A DNA stretch of 51,990 nt from Bacteroidales bacterium (GCA_036639755.1 JAVWIB010000003.1:1-51990), one strand, 5' to 3'. Shown: positions 35,654-44,770, counted from the first letter of the stretch. The notes: generated by a model from the letters alone, not told the origin. Translations and numbers: made by a program.

Positions 35654-35935
35654 ATGAAAACAAAAGAAAATACAACAAAAAACTCGGCAGCGGAGCTTGT
35701 GCAGAGTGAGGAATTTATGATACCCAAAAGGAATATTCGTTATATTATTGCCGGACTTGTAATTATGATTCTGGGCTATATTGTAATGATGGGGGGGGGG
35801 AGTGAAGATCCCAATGTGTTTAATGAATCTATGTTCAGTACCTTACGGACAGTAATAGCTCCCGTACTTATATTAGCGGGAATGGTTGTGGAGATATGGG
35901 CAATTATGTACAGAGGAAAGGACTATAAAGAATAA
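35654..35935 (+). CDS. Small two-TM membrane protein (DUF3098-like)
   Basis: 93 aa with two hydrophobic helices. Its position between ftsX and uppP is conserved in Bacteroidetes as far as I recall. It contains a G10 tract. Confidence 0.65.
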   Translation: MKTKENTTKNSAAELVQSEEFMIPKRNIRYIIAGLVIMILGYIVMMGGGSEDPNVFNESMFSTLRTVIAPVLILAGMVVEIWAIMYRGKDYKE

Positions 35936-35942
35936 TTGAATC

Positions 35943-36776
35943 ATGAGTGAAATTCAAGCAGTTGTCCTTGGACTTATTCAGGGCATTACAGAGTTTCTTC
36001 CGGTAAGTAGCAGCGGACATCTTACAATTTTTAAAGCTATTTTTGGTGTTGAAACTGAAAATCTTAGTTTTGAGATTGCCGTACATGCCGCTACGGTTTT
36101 AAGTACGATTGTTGCTCTAAGAAAGCAGATATGGAAATTACTGGGGGGATTCTTTACTCTTACCAAGAATCCTGAGAAAGAGTATATTTTTAAAATAGCC
36201 GTCTCTATGATTCCGGTATTTATTGTGGGGATTTTCTTTAAGGATGCTATAGAGGGTGTATTTGGATCGGGTTTGCTCATTGTGGGTATTATGCTTATGT
36301 TTACAGCAGTATTGCTTTCGTTGAGTGAAATTCTGGCAAAAAGGCAAGGTGCTTCTCCCTTGGAAAACACGATGGATGAGAAAGATAGTTCGAGTATTAG
36401 TTATAAAGATGCGTTTATTATGGGGCTTGCTCAGGCAATTGCGGTTCTGCCCGGCCTTTCCCGCTCAGGGGCAACTATTTCTACCGGACTCATTCTGGGG
36501 GTTAAAAAATCGGCTGTGGCCCAGTTTTCATTTCTAATGGTATTGGTTCCGGTATTGGGAGAGGCGTTTTTGGAGCTGATTAGCGGAAATTTCTCCGGAG
36601 CGGAATCGGGAATCTCTTTATTGCCGCTTTGTCTGGGATTTTTATCTGCTTTTTTATCGGGATTATTTGCATGTGTCCTTATGATAAAACTGGTTATGAA
36701 AGCTAAACTGTGGGGGTTTGCAATTTATTGCGCCCTAGTGGGTATTGCCTGTGTTGTATCTACATTGTTAGCCTGA
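35943..36776 (+). CDS. uppP: Undecaprenyl-diphosphate phosphatase
   Basis: 277 aa. N-terminal GLIQGITEFLPVSSSGHL and internal PGLSRSGATI are canonical BacA/UppP motifs. Confidence 0.93.
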   Translation: MSEIQAVVLGLIQGITEFLPVSSSGHLTIFKAIFGVETENLSFEIAVHAATVLSTIVALRKQIWKLLGGFFTLTKNPEKEYIFKIAVSMIPVFIVGIFFKDAIEGVFGSGLLIVGIMLMFTAVLLSLSEILAKRQGASPLENTMDEKDSSSISYKDAFIMGLAQAIAVLPGLSRSGATISTGLILGVKKSAVAQFSFLMVLVPVLGEAFLELISGNFSGAESGISLLPLCLGFLSAFLSGLFACVLMIKLVMKAKLWGFAIYCALVGIACVVSTLLA

Positions 36777-36782
36777 TTATTT

Positions 36783-37574
36783 ATGGAAAAGAATCTGTAC
36801 TATTTTGTATCCGATGTGCATCTGGGGCTTGATTACAACAACCCACAGGAGAGAGAGAAGAAATTCTCCTCTTTTTTGCTTGGCTTGCCATCCAATACAA
36901 AAGCACTTTTTCTTTTGGGCGATATTTTTGATTTCTGGTATGAGTATAAGCATGTTATACCGCGTAATTTTACCAGAACACTAGGAGCATTGGCCGGTTT
37001 GGTTGATAAAGGGGTGGAGGTTTATTTCTTTAATGGAAATCACGATATCTGGACATATGGATATTTTGAGAAAGAATTGGGAATAACGGTGTTGCAGCAG
37101 CCATGCGTAATGAATTTGGAGGGAGTGAATTTTTGTTTGGGACATGGTGACGGTCTTGGGAAAGGAGATACGGGTTATAAAATTCTGAACAGCATATTTA
37201 AAAATAAATTTTTACAGTTTCTCTTTAGCGGAATCCATCCATACTGGGCATTTTCGCTGGGGTATGCGTGGAGCAAGCACAACCGATTGGCCCGTGGATG
37301 TGAGGCGGAGCGCAAAGGGGCTGCCACTCAGGTGTGTCATATTCCTTTTAGAGGTGAGGATGAACGGATTGTGAAATTTGCGAATGAGTTTCAAAACAAG
37401 TCTATGCAATCCGGCGGAACCGGAAAGATAGACTATTTTATATTCGGCCATTTTCATTGTCCCACCAGAATGCAACTGAAAGCAGGCGGTGAGATATGCA
37501 TTTTAGGAGAGTGGATTCATACCTGTGATTATCTGGTCTTTGATGGGGATCAGTTATCGGTTTGCCATGTATAA
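36783..37574 (+). CDS. lpxH: UDP-2,3-diacylglucosamine diphosphatase (LpxH-type metallophosphoesterase)
   Basis: YFVSDVHLG, LLGDIFDFWYEY, GNHD and GHGD form the LpxH-like motif order. 263 aa. Confidence 0.75.
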   Translation: MEKNLYYFVSDVHLGLDYNNPQEREKKFSSFLLGLPSNTKALFLLGDIFDFWYEYKHVIPRNFTRTLGALAGLVDKGVEVYFFNGNHDIWTYGYFEKELGITVLQQPCVMNLEGVNFCLGHGDGLGKGDTGYKILNSIFKNKFLQFLFSGIHPYWAFSLGYAWSKHNRLARGCEAERKGAATQVCHIPFRGEDERIVKFANEFQNKSMQSGGTGKIDYFIFGHFHCPTRMQLKAGGEICILGEWIHTCDYLVFDGDQLSVCHV

Positions 37575-37592
37575 TACCTTTCGTCTTGTTTC

Positions 37593-38699
37593 TTATTTCC
37601 CGGAGTTATCCTGTTGGACAATTTGCCATACCCGCAATAAATTTCCTCCCCAAAATAACCCAAGTTGCTCGGATGTGTAGCCCCGTTTTAATAACTCAAT
37701 GGTGAGAGATTTCATTTTGGAGACATTTTCCAGCCCTACTACTCCGCCCCCACCGTCAAAATCGGTTCCAAGACCTACGTGTTCTATTCCTACTATGCTT
37801 ACTATATGATCTATGTGATCTGCCAGATGTTTTATGGTAACCTCTTTTTTAGGTAGGGTAGAGAGAAAAAAGCGGCCGGTGGCAACTTGAATAACGCCCC
37901 CTTTGTCTGCAATGGCTTTTAATTCGCCGTCCTTCAGATTTCGTTTGTGATTTTTAATTGCCCAGGCACCCGAATGAGATGCTATGACGGGGGCTTTGCT
38001 GCACTCCAGTACATCCGCAACGGTTTTGGAACTGGCGTGGGAAATATCGATCATCATTCCCAGTTGATTCATCCGCTCTATAACTTGTCGTCCAAACGGG
38101 GAAAGGCCGTTATGTTCGGGTCCTGCTTCACTCATGGAGGCATCACAAATATTATTGTTCCCGTTGTGGCTCAGAGTAATATAGCGGGCTCCCATTTTAT
38201 AAAATTCATCAATCCGCTCTAGTTTGTCTCCAATGCCGTAGCCGTTCTCTATGGCCAGGATTACGGCACTTTTTCCGGCGGCTTTTATCGTAGAAAGATC
38301 GTTGGGAGTGTAGGCAAATTCAGCATCGCTACTTCGATCCGAGATGTACTTTTTAAACATGGCAATCTCCTGACAAGCGTGGTTGAATACGGAATCGAGC
38401 GATGCTGCATCTCGTTTTCCCTGTTCCAGATAAATGGCAAAGAAAGCGGCATCCAGCCCTCCCTTTTTCATCATAGGAAAGGAGACTTGCCCTTTGGTAA
38501 CACCAAAATCGCCATTGGGGTGATTAAACCAGAGGGCACTATCGTTGTGAGAATCTAGGGTAATGTATTTTTTGTGAATAGCATCTGCTTGCGCAGCGTA
38601 TTGGGTTTCGTTCTGCCGGGCGTAAGCATATGTGGTGCCAAGCAGAACAAAAGCGCATGCAGTATAATTTTTTAAGGTATTAAAATAGTCAAGTTTCAT
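37593..38699 (-). CDS. Peptidase M19 membrane/renal-type dipeptidase, exported
   Basis: 368 aa with a signal peptide. LDSHNDSALW, ISHASSKT, ASHSGAW and GLGTDFDGGGG are M19 family motifs. Confidence 0.85.
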   Translation of the reverse strand: MKLDYFNTLKNYTACAFVLLGTTYAYARQNETQYAAQADAIHKKYITLDSHNDSALWFNHPNGDFGVTKGQVSFPMMKKGGLDAAFFAIYLEQGKRDAASLDSVFNHACQEIAMFKKYISDRSSDAEFAYTPNDLSTIKAAGKSAVILAIENGYGIGDKLERIDEFYKMGARYITLSHNGNNNICDASMSEAGPEHNGLSPFGRQVIERMNQLGMMIDISHASSKTVADVLECSKAPVIASHSGAWAIKNHKRNLKDGELKAIADKGGVIQVATGRFFLSTLPKKEVTIKHLADHIDHIVSIVGIEHVGLGTDFDGGGGVVGLENVSKMKSLTIELLKRGYTSEQLGLFWGGNLLRVWQIVQQDNSGK

Positions 38700-38706
38700 G
38701 TTCTAT

Positions 38707-40062
38707 TTATTGAATTTTATGTGGTTTAACCAGCCATTTCATTTTCCATGCAAGGAATATGAGCAGGGCGGAGAGTACCAGGCAGCCAAGCATCATCCAG
38801 GCTCCCAGTCCGTTTACAAAGAAAACGGGGACAAAGGTAATTAGCAGGATTTCAACAGGAGCAATTGGAAGGTAAGCCAATGCGTAATCATCCATGGCCT
38901 TGCTTGCCATTTTGGGATCCACAATTCTTAGCAGAGCAATTCCCATTGCCATGGTGCCGGTCCACCAGCCCCATGCAAAGACGGTTCTTTCAAACCAGTA
39001 TGTTTTGGCAAGCCTCCGTCCAAAGTAAAAGGTGATGGCCCAGACAAGAACTATTCCAAAAAGTATTAACACAACAAGCGGTGCGGCATATTTTATAACT
39101 ACCTCCAGCTTAATGGAGGCTACTCCAAAGGCTACTAAAATATCGGTGAACATGCTGCTTAGTCTTTGGGTGGTTTGCGGGCAGATGTAATGAGAGACTT
39201 TGGTTCTGTCAAAAATCTTTTTTAAGATAAGACCTATAATGAATGAACAGCTAAAAACAGGGAGTTCCAGTGCCGGATAAAATTGTTTGACCCCCTGGCT
39301 GAAAGAGTATCCCAGAAGAGCCACTACAAATACAAATGCAACATGCAATGTGAGTGAATCAATGGAGATTGAGGAGGTGGTGGCTTTCCCTATTGATTCT
39401 CTTTTATCTTCCGGAAGCAGGCCGCTTCTCAGTTCGTCGGGAAGATCTTTAAAGTCTGTGATAAAAGCTGTTTCCCTATGTTTGGCAGCCCATTTAATCA
39501 TTACCAGTCCCCCTATAATTGCGCATACAACTCCTACGGTTGCGGTGGTCATACCAAGGCTGCGGGCCTCGTCCCAGCCAAGTCCTTCAAAGGCAGAGCC
39601 AATTGCGGCAGCAGTTCCGTGTCCGCCGTAAAAGCCGGTAGGGAGCATCACGCCAAAGGCATCGTTAAGATCCGGCCAGAAGACTTTAAGGATAAATAGG
39701 CCGAATAGTCCGGAGATAGCCCATTGCAGGAGCATTCCCAGTTGGGCATAAATCCACATAGGGCCTACTCTTCCCGATACCTCTTTTATTGATACTTTTG
39801 GTGAGGAGAGCGGTAATGCGCCAAATACCAGAGCTATGAGGATGGCCGCATAGGTTCCCAGATTGTTCGAGAAAGGGATCCAGTTGAGTCCGTTCGGGCC
39901 CAGGGCTAATCCCAATAATCCGGCAAGAAGACTTGGCGGAATAAATAGCTTTTGAATAAATTTGACTTTTACCCGTATTACTTTTCCAACAAGGAGGAGA
40001 GCAAAGATAAAGCCCAGATCGGTAAATAAAGTCCAGGGGGTGAATTCTGTAATGTTAAACAT
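38707..40062 (-). CDS. GltS-like sodium/glutamate symporter family transporter
   Basis: ATG at 40062 (MFNITEFTPWTLFTDLGFIFALLLVGKVIR); the track ORF extends to 40314 without support. Polytopic protein of about 451 aa. A 7-nt gap to the downstream M19 gene suggests one operon. Confidence 0.6.
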   Translation of the reverse strand: MFNITEFTPWTLFTDLGFIFALLLVGKVIRVKVKFIQKLFIPPSLLAGLLGLALGPNGLNWIPFSNNLGTYAAILIALVFGALPLSSPKVSIKEVSGRVGPMWIYAQLGMLLQWAISGLFGLFILKVFWPDLNDAFGVMLPTGFYGGHGTAAAIGSAFEGLGWDEARSLGMTTATVGVVCAIIGGLVMIKWAAKHRETAFITDFKDLPDELRSGLLPEDKRESIGKATTSSISIDSLTLHVAFVFVVALLGYSFSQGVKQFYPALELPVFSCSFIIGLILKKIFDRTKVSHYICPQTTQRLSSMFTDILVAFGVASIKLEVVIKYAAPLVVLILFGIVLVWAITFYFGRRLAKTYWFERTVFAWGWWTGTMAMGIALLRIVDPKMASKAMDDYALAYLPIAPVEILLITFVPVFFVNGLGAWMMLGCLVLSALLIFLAWKMKWLVKPHKIQ

Positions 40063-40092
40063 AGTTTTTGATTTAAGTTTTGTAAAAGCAGT

Positions 40093-40100
40093 CAAAGTTA
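40093..40100 (-). promoter_or_regulatory. Candidate -7 box (TAACTTTG on minus strand) for the symporter/dipeptidase operon
   Basis: Plus strand reads caaagtta, about 31 nt upstream of the minus-strand ATG at 40062. Confidence 0.45.
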
Positions 40101-40101
40101 G

Positions 40102-40109
40102 TACTTTTG
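40102..40109 (+). promoter_or_regulatory. Candidate -7 box (TACTTTTG) for the DUF4294-like gene
   Basis: Matches TAnnTTTG and sits immediately back-to-back with the minus-strand box at 40093-40100. Confidence 0.45.
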
Positions 40110-40196
40110 GCTCAATAATTGAGCAAAAAATCGGTTGCTTTAATTGAAATGAAACAGGTTTTTTTAAAATATAACGGCGTAATGCGGCAAATTGGG

Positions 40197-40865
40197 ATGA
40201 AACAGCTCTTCGTAGCATTGGTTGTGCTTCTTTTGTGGCCGGTGCACTCTGTTGCCCAAACCGGAACTCAAACCCGTTCCGGTGCTCAGCCTCAAAATGG
40301 CGGTTCTGCCCCAAAGGGGTATCTGATAGGTTATAAGATAGAGAACGGCGATACTCTTTATGTAGATAAAATAGCCCCGGTGTATGTCTTTAATCGTCCT
40401 CAGAACTGGCGTAAAAGCAAACAATGGCGCGATTATTACCGAACCGTATATAATTTTAAAAAGGTATACCCGTATGCGCTTATTGCCAAAACAATTATTC
40501 AGAATGCAGATAGTACGTTGCTTTATTCCAATTTTACCAAAAAAGAGAGGGAGAAATATCTGAAGGGTTATGAAAAGCGATTGTTTCGAGAGTTTGAGAA
40601 ACCGCTTAAGAATCTTTCATTTTCTCAAGGGAAATTATTACTCAGATTGTTGGATAGAGAGTTGGGGCGTACTTCTTATTATGTGATTAAAAATTATCGG
40701 GGAGGTTTTACTGCCGGATTCTGGCAGGGAGTGGCTAAAATTTTTGGATCCGACCTTAAAAAACCGTATGATAAATTTGGCGAGGATAAGCTAATTGAGG
40801 AGTTGGTAATTATGTATCAGCAAAATTCATTTGATTATTTGTATTATTCTATGTTTAGAGAATAA
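40197..40865 (+). CDS. Secreted protein, DUF4294-like
   Basis: The ATG at 40197 gives signal peptide MKQLFVALVVLLLWPVHSVAQ; an alternative ATG lies at 40149. The conserved-looking core LLRLLDRELGRTSYYVIKNYRGGFTAGFWQGVAKIFGSDLKKPYD matches my memory of DUF4294. Confidence 0.6.
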   Translation: MKQLFVALVVLLLWPVHSVAQTGTQTRSGAQPQNGGSAPKGYLIGYKIENGDTLYVDKIAPVYVFNRPQNWRKSKQWRDYYRTVYNFKKVYPYALIAKTIIQNADSTLLYSNFTKKEREKYLKGYEKRLFREFEKPLKNLSFSQGKLLLRLLDRELGRTSYYVIKNYRGGFTAGFWQGVAKIFGSDLKKPYDKFGEDKLIEELVIMYQQNSFDYLYYSMFRE

Positions 40866-40904
40866 GTAAAGTTGATTAAAGATTTTGTTATTCAAAAATA
40901 ATAC

Positions 40905-40912
40905 TAAATTTG
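40905..40912 (+). promoter_or_regulatory. Candidate -7 box (TAAATTTG) for the glycyl radical enzyme operon
   Basis: Matches TAnnTTTG and would give a leader of about 210 nt. Confidence 0.35.
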
Positions 40913-41128
40913 CGTTAGTTTATTTTAGTCGCAGATGTCGAGTACTTATAATTTTATAGTCAATCTTTATCATAAACCGGGGAGAGGCCTCTTTTCCTGT
41001 CTTATTTCCTGATTTGTATTTTCTTGTTAAGGTGCTTTGCATCGTTATTTTTACGGGTAATCCGTTCTCCTGTTTCCATTTTTATAAAACAATTATGTTA
41101 CGATAATCTTTTTTTATCGTGCATTTTA

Positions 41129-43552
41129 ATGAAACATATTATGAATACAAGAATACAAAGACTAAGAGAAGAATCTGTTAATACACAGCCAAGCCTGTCT
41201 ATTGAGCGTGCCCTTATAGAGACCGCATTTTACAGAGAAAATGATGGTAAATACCCTATCCCCGTTTTAAGGGGAATGAACTTTTATGAGATTTGCAAGA
41301 AAAAAACAATATATATAGGAGATCAAGAGCTTATTGTAGGGGAGCGGGGGCCTAAACCAAAGGCTGTCCCTACTTTTCCGGAGCTTACATGCCATACGAT
41401 AGAAGATTTTCATGTGCTGCGTGAGCGTGAATTGCAACGTTATATCATTAGTGATGAGGATATTGAAATATATCAAAAGGAGGTAATTTCTTATTGGAGA
41501 GGTCGTACCCAACGGGATCGTATTTTTAATCATGTTCCCGATAGCTGGAAGAATTTATACGAAGCCGGGTTGTTTACCGAGTTTATGGAGCAACGTGCTC
41601 CCGGGCATACCGCTCTGGATGGTAAAATCTATCGTATAGGGATGCTGGATTTTAAAAAGCAGATTGAGGCAGAGCTGGAGAAGCTGGATTTCTTGAATGA
41701 TCCCGAGGCTACGGATAAGCAGGATGAACTGCGCGGTATGGCTATTTCCTGCGATGCTGCAATTTTATTTGCAGAACGTCATGCCCGACAGGCGGAGAAA
41801 ATGATTGCGGATTTGGAGAAGAAGCTGGTTAAGATGGCCACGGTGGGGGATGACGAAAAATTATCGGGGATACAAATAAGGATTCTGGAGCTCAAAAAAA
41901 TAGCCGAGGTGTGCCGCTGGGTTCCCGCCCATGCGCCGCGTACTTTTCAGGAAGCTATTCAAATGTATTGGTTTGCGCATCTGGGCACTATTACCGAGCT
42001 GAACGGATGGGATGCTATGAATCCCGGACATCTGGATCAACATCTGGAGCCGTTTTATAACAAGGAGATTGCGGCAGGAACACTTACCCGCAAGCAGGCT
42101 AAAGAGTTGCTTTCCTGCTTCTGGATTAAAGTGAACAATCATCCCGCCCCCCCTAAGGTTGGAATTACAGCCAAAGAGAGCGGAACATATAACGATTTTA
42201 CCAATATTAATATAGGTGGAGTAAGGAGAGACGGTACCAGCGGGGTGAGTGAGGTTTCCTATCTCATTCTGGAGGTGATAGATGATCTGCATATTTTGCA
42301 GCCGGGTAGTTCGGTGCATATTGCCAAGGTGACTCCCGATGAATTTCTGCATGCCGCCTGCAAGGTAATCCGCAAAGGATACGGCTATCCCTCTATTTTT
42401 AATCCCGATACTTACGTACAGGAGCTTGTTCGTCAGGGAAAGAGTTTAGAAGATGCTCGTGAGGGTGGTTGCAGCGGATGTATTGAGGTTGGTGCATTTG
42501 GGAAAGAGGCATATCTGCTTACCGGATATTTAAATGTACCTAAAATACTGGAAGTTACATTAAATAATGGAGTAGACCCCGTAACCGGAAAACAAGTAAG
42601 TATTCAAACCGGAGATCCCCTTGCATTTACGAGTTTTGAGCAGGTATATGAGGCATTTAAAAAGCAGCTCGAATACATTGTGTTGCAGAAAGTAGTGGTA
42701 AGCAATTATATAGACAGGCTGTTTGCCAAATACGCTCCTGCTACATTCCTCTCTGTACTTATGGAGGATTGTATTACCAAAGGGAAAGATTATTACAATG
42801 CAGGGCCACGTTATAACACCAATTATATACAATGTACCGGTCTGGGTACGGTTACCGATAGTTTTACAACCCTTAAAAAACATGTATTTGAGGATAAGAG
42901 CTTAACCATGAAAGAATTGCTTGCTGCCGTTTCTGCCAACTTTAAGGGGCAGGAGGTTTTACGCCAGCGGATTATTAACAACACCCCTTTCTTTGGGAAT
43001 GACAGTGAGTATGCAGATGAGATTGCTGTACGGGTTTATCATGATCTGTTCCATGCTATAGACGGCCGCCCGAATATTAAAGGAGAGTCTTTTCACATGA
43101 ACATGCTTTCTACCACCTGCCATATCTACTTTGGCAAAGTAATGGGAGCCACCCCCAACGGACGACTTGCCACCCTCCCTATTTCCGATGGAACCTCTCC
43201 ATCACAGGGTTGCGATATTCACGGCCCTTCCTCCGTGGTAAAATCTCTGGGCAAACTAGACCAGAAATTATCGGGAGGCACTTTGCTTAACCAGCGGTTT
43301 ATCCCTAATCTGCTTAAAAAAGAGTCCGATATAGAGAAACTGGGCAAACTTGTCCGCACCTATTTCTCTCTTGGCGGCCACCATATTCAGTTTAATATTG
43401 TAGATACCCCAACTCTGCGCGATGCTCAGCAAAATCCCGGAAACTACCGCGATTTGCTTGTGCGCATGGCCGGCTACTCAGACTATTTTAACGATATGAA
43501 TCTGGATTATCAGGAGGAGATCATAGAGCGTACCGAAAATGCCTCTTTCTAG
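41129..43552 (+). CDS. hypD: Glycyl radical enzyme of the dehydratase/eliminase class, most like trans-4-hydroxy-L-proline dehydratase (HypD)
   Basis: Start at ATG 41129 or 41141 (MNTRIQRLREES...). C-terminal glycyl-radical motif LLVRMAGYSDYF, and a Cys-x-Glu active-site loop GGCSGCIEVGAFGKEAY. Blocks FTEFMEQRAPGHT, APPKVGITAKESGTYNDFTNINIGG, TTCHIYFGKVMGATPNGRL, GGTLLNQRF and GHHIQFN match my recollection of HypD. The GRE call is near certain. The substrate call is an inference. Confidence 0.7.
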   Translation: MKHIMNTRIQRLREESVNTQPSLSIERALIETAFYRENDGKYPIPVLRGMNFYEICKKKTIYIGDQELIVGERGPKPKAVPTFPELTCHTIEDFHVLRERELQRYIISDEDIEIYQKEVISYWRGRTQRDRIFNHVPDSWKNLYEAGLFTEFMEQRAPGHTALDGKIYRIGMLDFKKQIEAELEKLDFLNDPEATDKQDELRGMAISCDAAILFAERHARQAEKMIADLEKKLVKMATVGDDEKLSGIQIRILELKKIAEVCRWVPAHAPRTFQEAIQMYWFAHLGTITELNGWDAMNPGHLDQHLEPFYNKEIAAGTLTRKQAKELLSCFWIKVNNHPAPPKVGITAKESGTYNDFTNINIGGVRRDGTSGVSEVSYLILEVIDDLHILQPGSSVHIAKVTPDEFLHAACKVIRKGYGYPSIFNPDTYVQELVRQGKSLEDAREGGCSGCIEVGAFGKEAYLLTGYLNVPKILEVTLNNGVDPVTGKQVSIQTGDPLAFTSFEQVYEAFKKQLEYIVLQKVVVSNYIDRLFAKYAPATFLSVLMEDCITKGKDYYNAGPRYNTNYIQCTGLGTVTDSFTTLKKHVFEDKSLTMKELLAAVSANFKGQEVLRQRIINNTPFFGNDSEYADEIAVRVYHDLFHAIDGRPNIKGESFHMNMLSTTCHIYFGKVMGATPNGRLATLPISDGTSPSQGCDIHGPSSVVKSLGKLDQKLSGGTLLNQRFIPNLLKKESDIEKLGKLVRTYFSLGGHHIQFNIVDTPTLRDAQQNPGNYRDLLVRMAGYSDYFNDMNLDYQEEIIERTENASF

Positions 43553-43591
43553 TTATACTAGGTTATCTAGCGCAATAAAAAAACAGTTGAG

Positions 43592-44536
43592 ATGAGTTAT
43601 ATATTTGATATTAAGCGTTATTCGATTAATGATGGGCCGGGGATACGGATTACGGTGTTTCTAAAAGGATGTCCGTTGTCTTGTCTGTGGTGTCATAATC
43701 CGGAGGGGATGAAGCCGCAGCAGAGCAAGTTGTATACGGCGGCGCGTTGCATTGGGTGCGGGTTGTGTATAGAGGCGTGCAAAAACGGTGCATTAAGTGT
43801 TGGGGTGCTTCCCGATGGTAAAAAAGGGGTACTTACCAATGCCTCCGTATGCGTATTGTGCGGAGCTTGCGCAAAGGCTTGTCCTGCCAAAGCAATGGAG
43901 ATGGCCGGGAAAGAGTATACGGTAGAGGAATTGATGAAAGAAATTCGCAAAGAGTCTGTGTTTTTTGAGGAATCGGGGGGAGGAGTTACCGTGTGCGGCG
44001 GGGAACCGCTTATGCATAAAAGCGTTTTGTTGCCGTTGCTGGATGCTTGCGGAGCGGAGAATTTTCATAGGTGTGTAGATACTACTTTGTTTGCTGAACA
44101 ATCACTTATTAAAGAGGTTGCCTCTAGATGTGAGCTGTTTCTGGTTGATTTGAAGTTAATGGATTCTGCGGCGCATAAGTATTTTACAGGTGTCCCTAAT
44201 GAACAGATTCTGGCCAATATAGAGTATCTTGCAACGATCGGGAAGCAATTTGTGATTCGTATTCCTCTCATTAAAGGGGTGAATGCTGACGTGCAGAATT
44301 TAACTGCTTCCGCCCTGTTCCTGGCAAAATTGCAGGAAAAATATCTTTCCTCAAATGTTTCATGGAACAAAATAAGGGTGGAGCTACTTCCGTATCACGA
44401 TATTGCAAAGGGAAAACATCTCCGTTTGGGAACAGAATATAACCCCAATCATGTTATAATGGAGGAGCCCTCTGCAGACGAGATCAATCAGGCCAGAAAC
44501 GTGTTTGAGAAGATGGGATTGGAAGTGGGTGAGTGA
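43592..44536 (+). CDS. Glycyl-radical enzyme activating protein (radical SAM with ferredoxin-like insert)
   Basis: CPLSCLWCHNPE is a CxxxCxxC radical-SAM cluster. Two extra Cys clusters are present (CIGCGLCIEAC and CVLCGACAKACP). VTVCGGEPL follows. It lies directly downstream of the GRE. Confidence 0.93.
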   Translation: MSYIFDIKRYSINDGPGIRITVFLKGCPLSCLWCHNPEGMKPQQSKLYTAARCIGCGLCIEACKNGALSVGVLPDGKKGVLTNASVCVLCGACAKACPAKAMEMAGKEYTVEELMKEIRKESVFFEESGGGVTVCGGEPLMHKSVLLPLLDACGAENFHRCVDTTLFAEQSLIKEVASRCELFLVDLKLMDSAAHKYFTGVPNEQILANIEYLATIGKQFVIRIPLIKGVNADVQNLTASALFLAKLQEKYLSSNVSWNKIRVELLPYHDIAKGKHLRLGTEYNPNHVIMEEPSADEINQARNVFEKMGLEVGE

Positions 44537-44586
44537 CTTGTCTAAAATGGTGCTTTTATAAAAAATTGCATTTTTGTAACTATATG

Positions 44587-44618
44587 AAAATGGCGGAATT
44601 GACTGCCATTTTTTTTTG
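44587..44618 (+). terminator. Rho-independent terminator after the activase gene
   Basis: Stem aaaatggcgg / (c)tgccatttt with loop aattga, running into a T9 tract. Confidence 0.75.
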
Positions 44619-44670
44619 TCTAAAAGTGCCAAAAAAATGTAAAAAAAGTTTGTATATTAAATATTTTGTG

Positions 44671-44678
44671 TATATTTG
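44671..44678 (+). promoter_or_regulatory. Candidate -7 box (TATATTTG) with upstream TTTG, promoter for the rplP-led operon
   Basis: Matches TAnnTTTG. A TTTG at 44649-44652 lies 18 nt upstream, as expected for a -33 element. The box is about 90 nt upstream of the rplP ATG. Confidence 0.5.
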
Positions 44679-44770
44679 CAACCCGACAATTATAGCTCCG
44701 TTACAGCCAAATTGTTGAGAATCAATAATTTATAGAAATACAATATTATTATTGTTAAATTGTAAAAGTA

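Noticed and set aside
40063-40314. N-terminal extensions of track ORFs: symporter to 40314, glycogen-synthase-like to 34885, hydrolase-like to 28989, phosphoesterase from 9645, rplF from 47761.
   Set aside because: The extensions contain no family similarity and often run through the divergent promoter boxes or neighbouring genes. An internal ATG gives a canonical N-terminus or signal peptide in each case.
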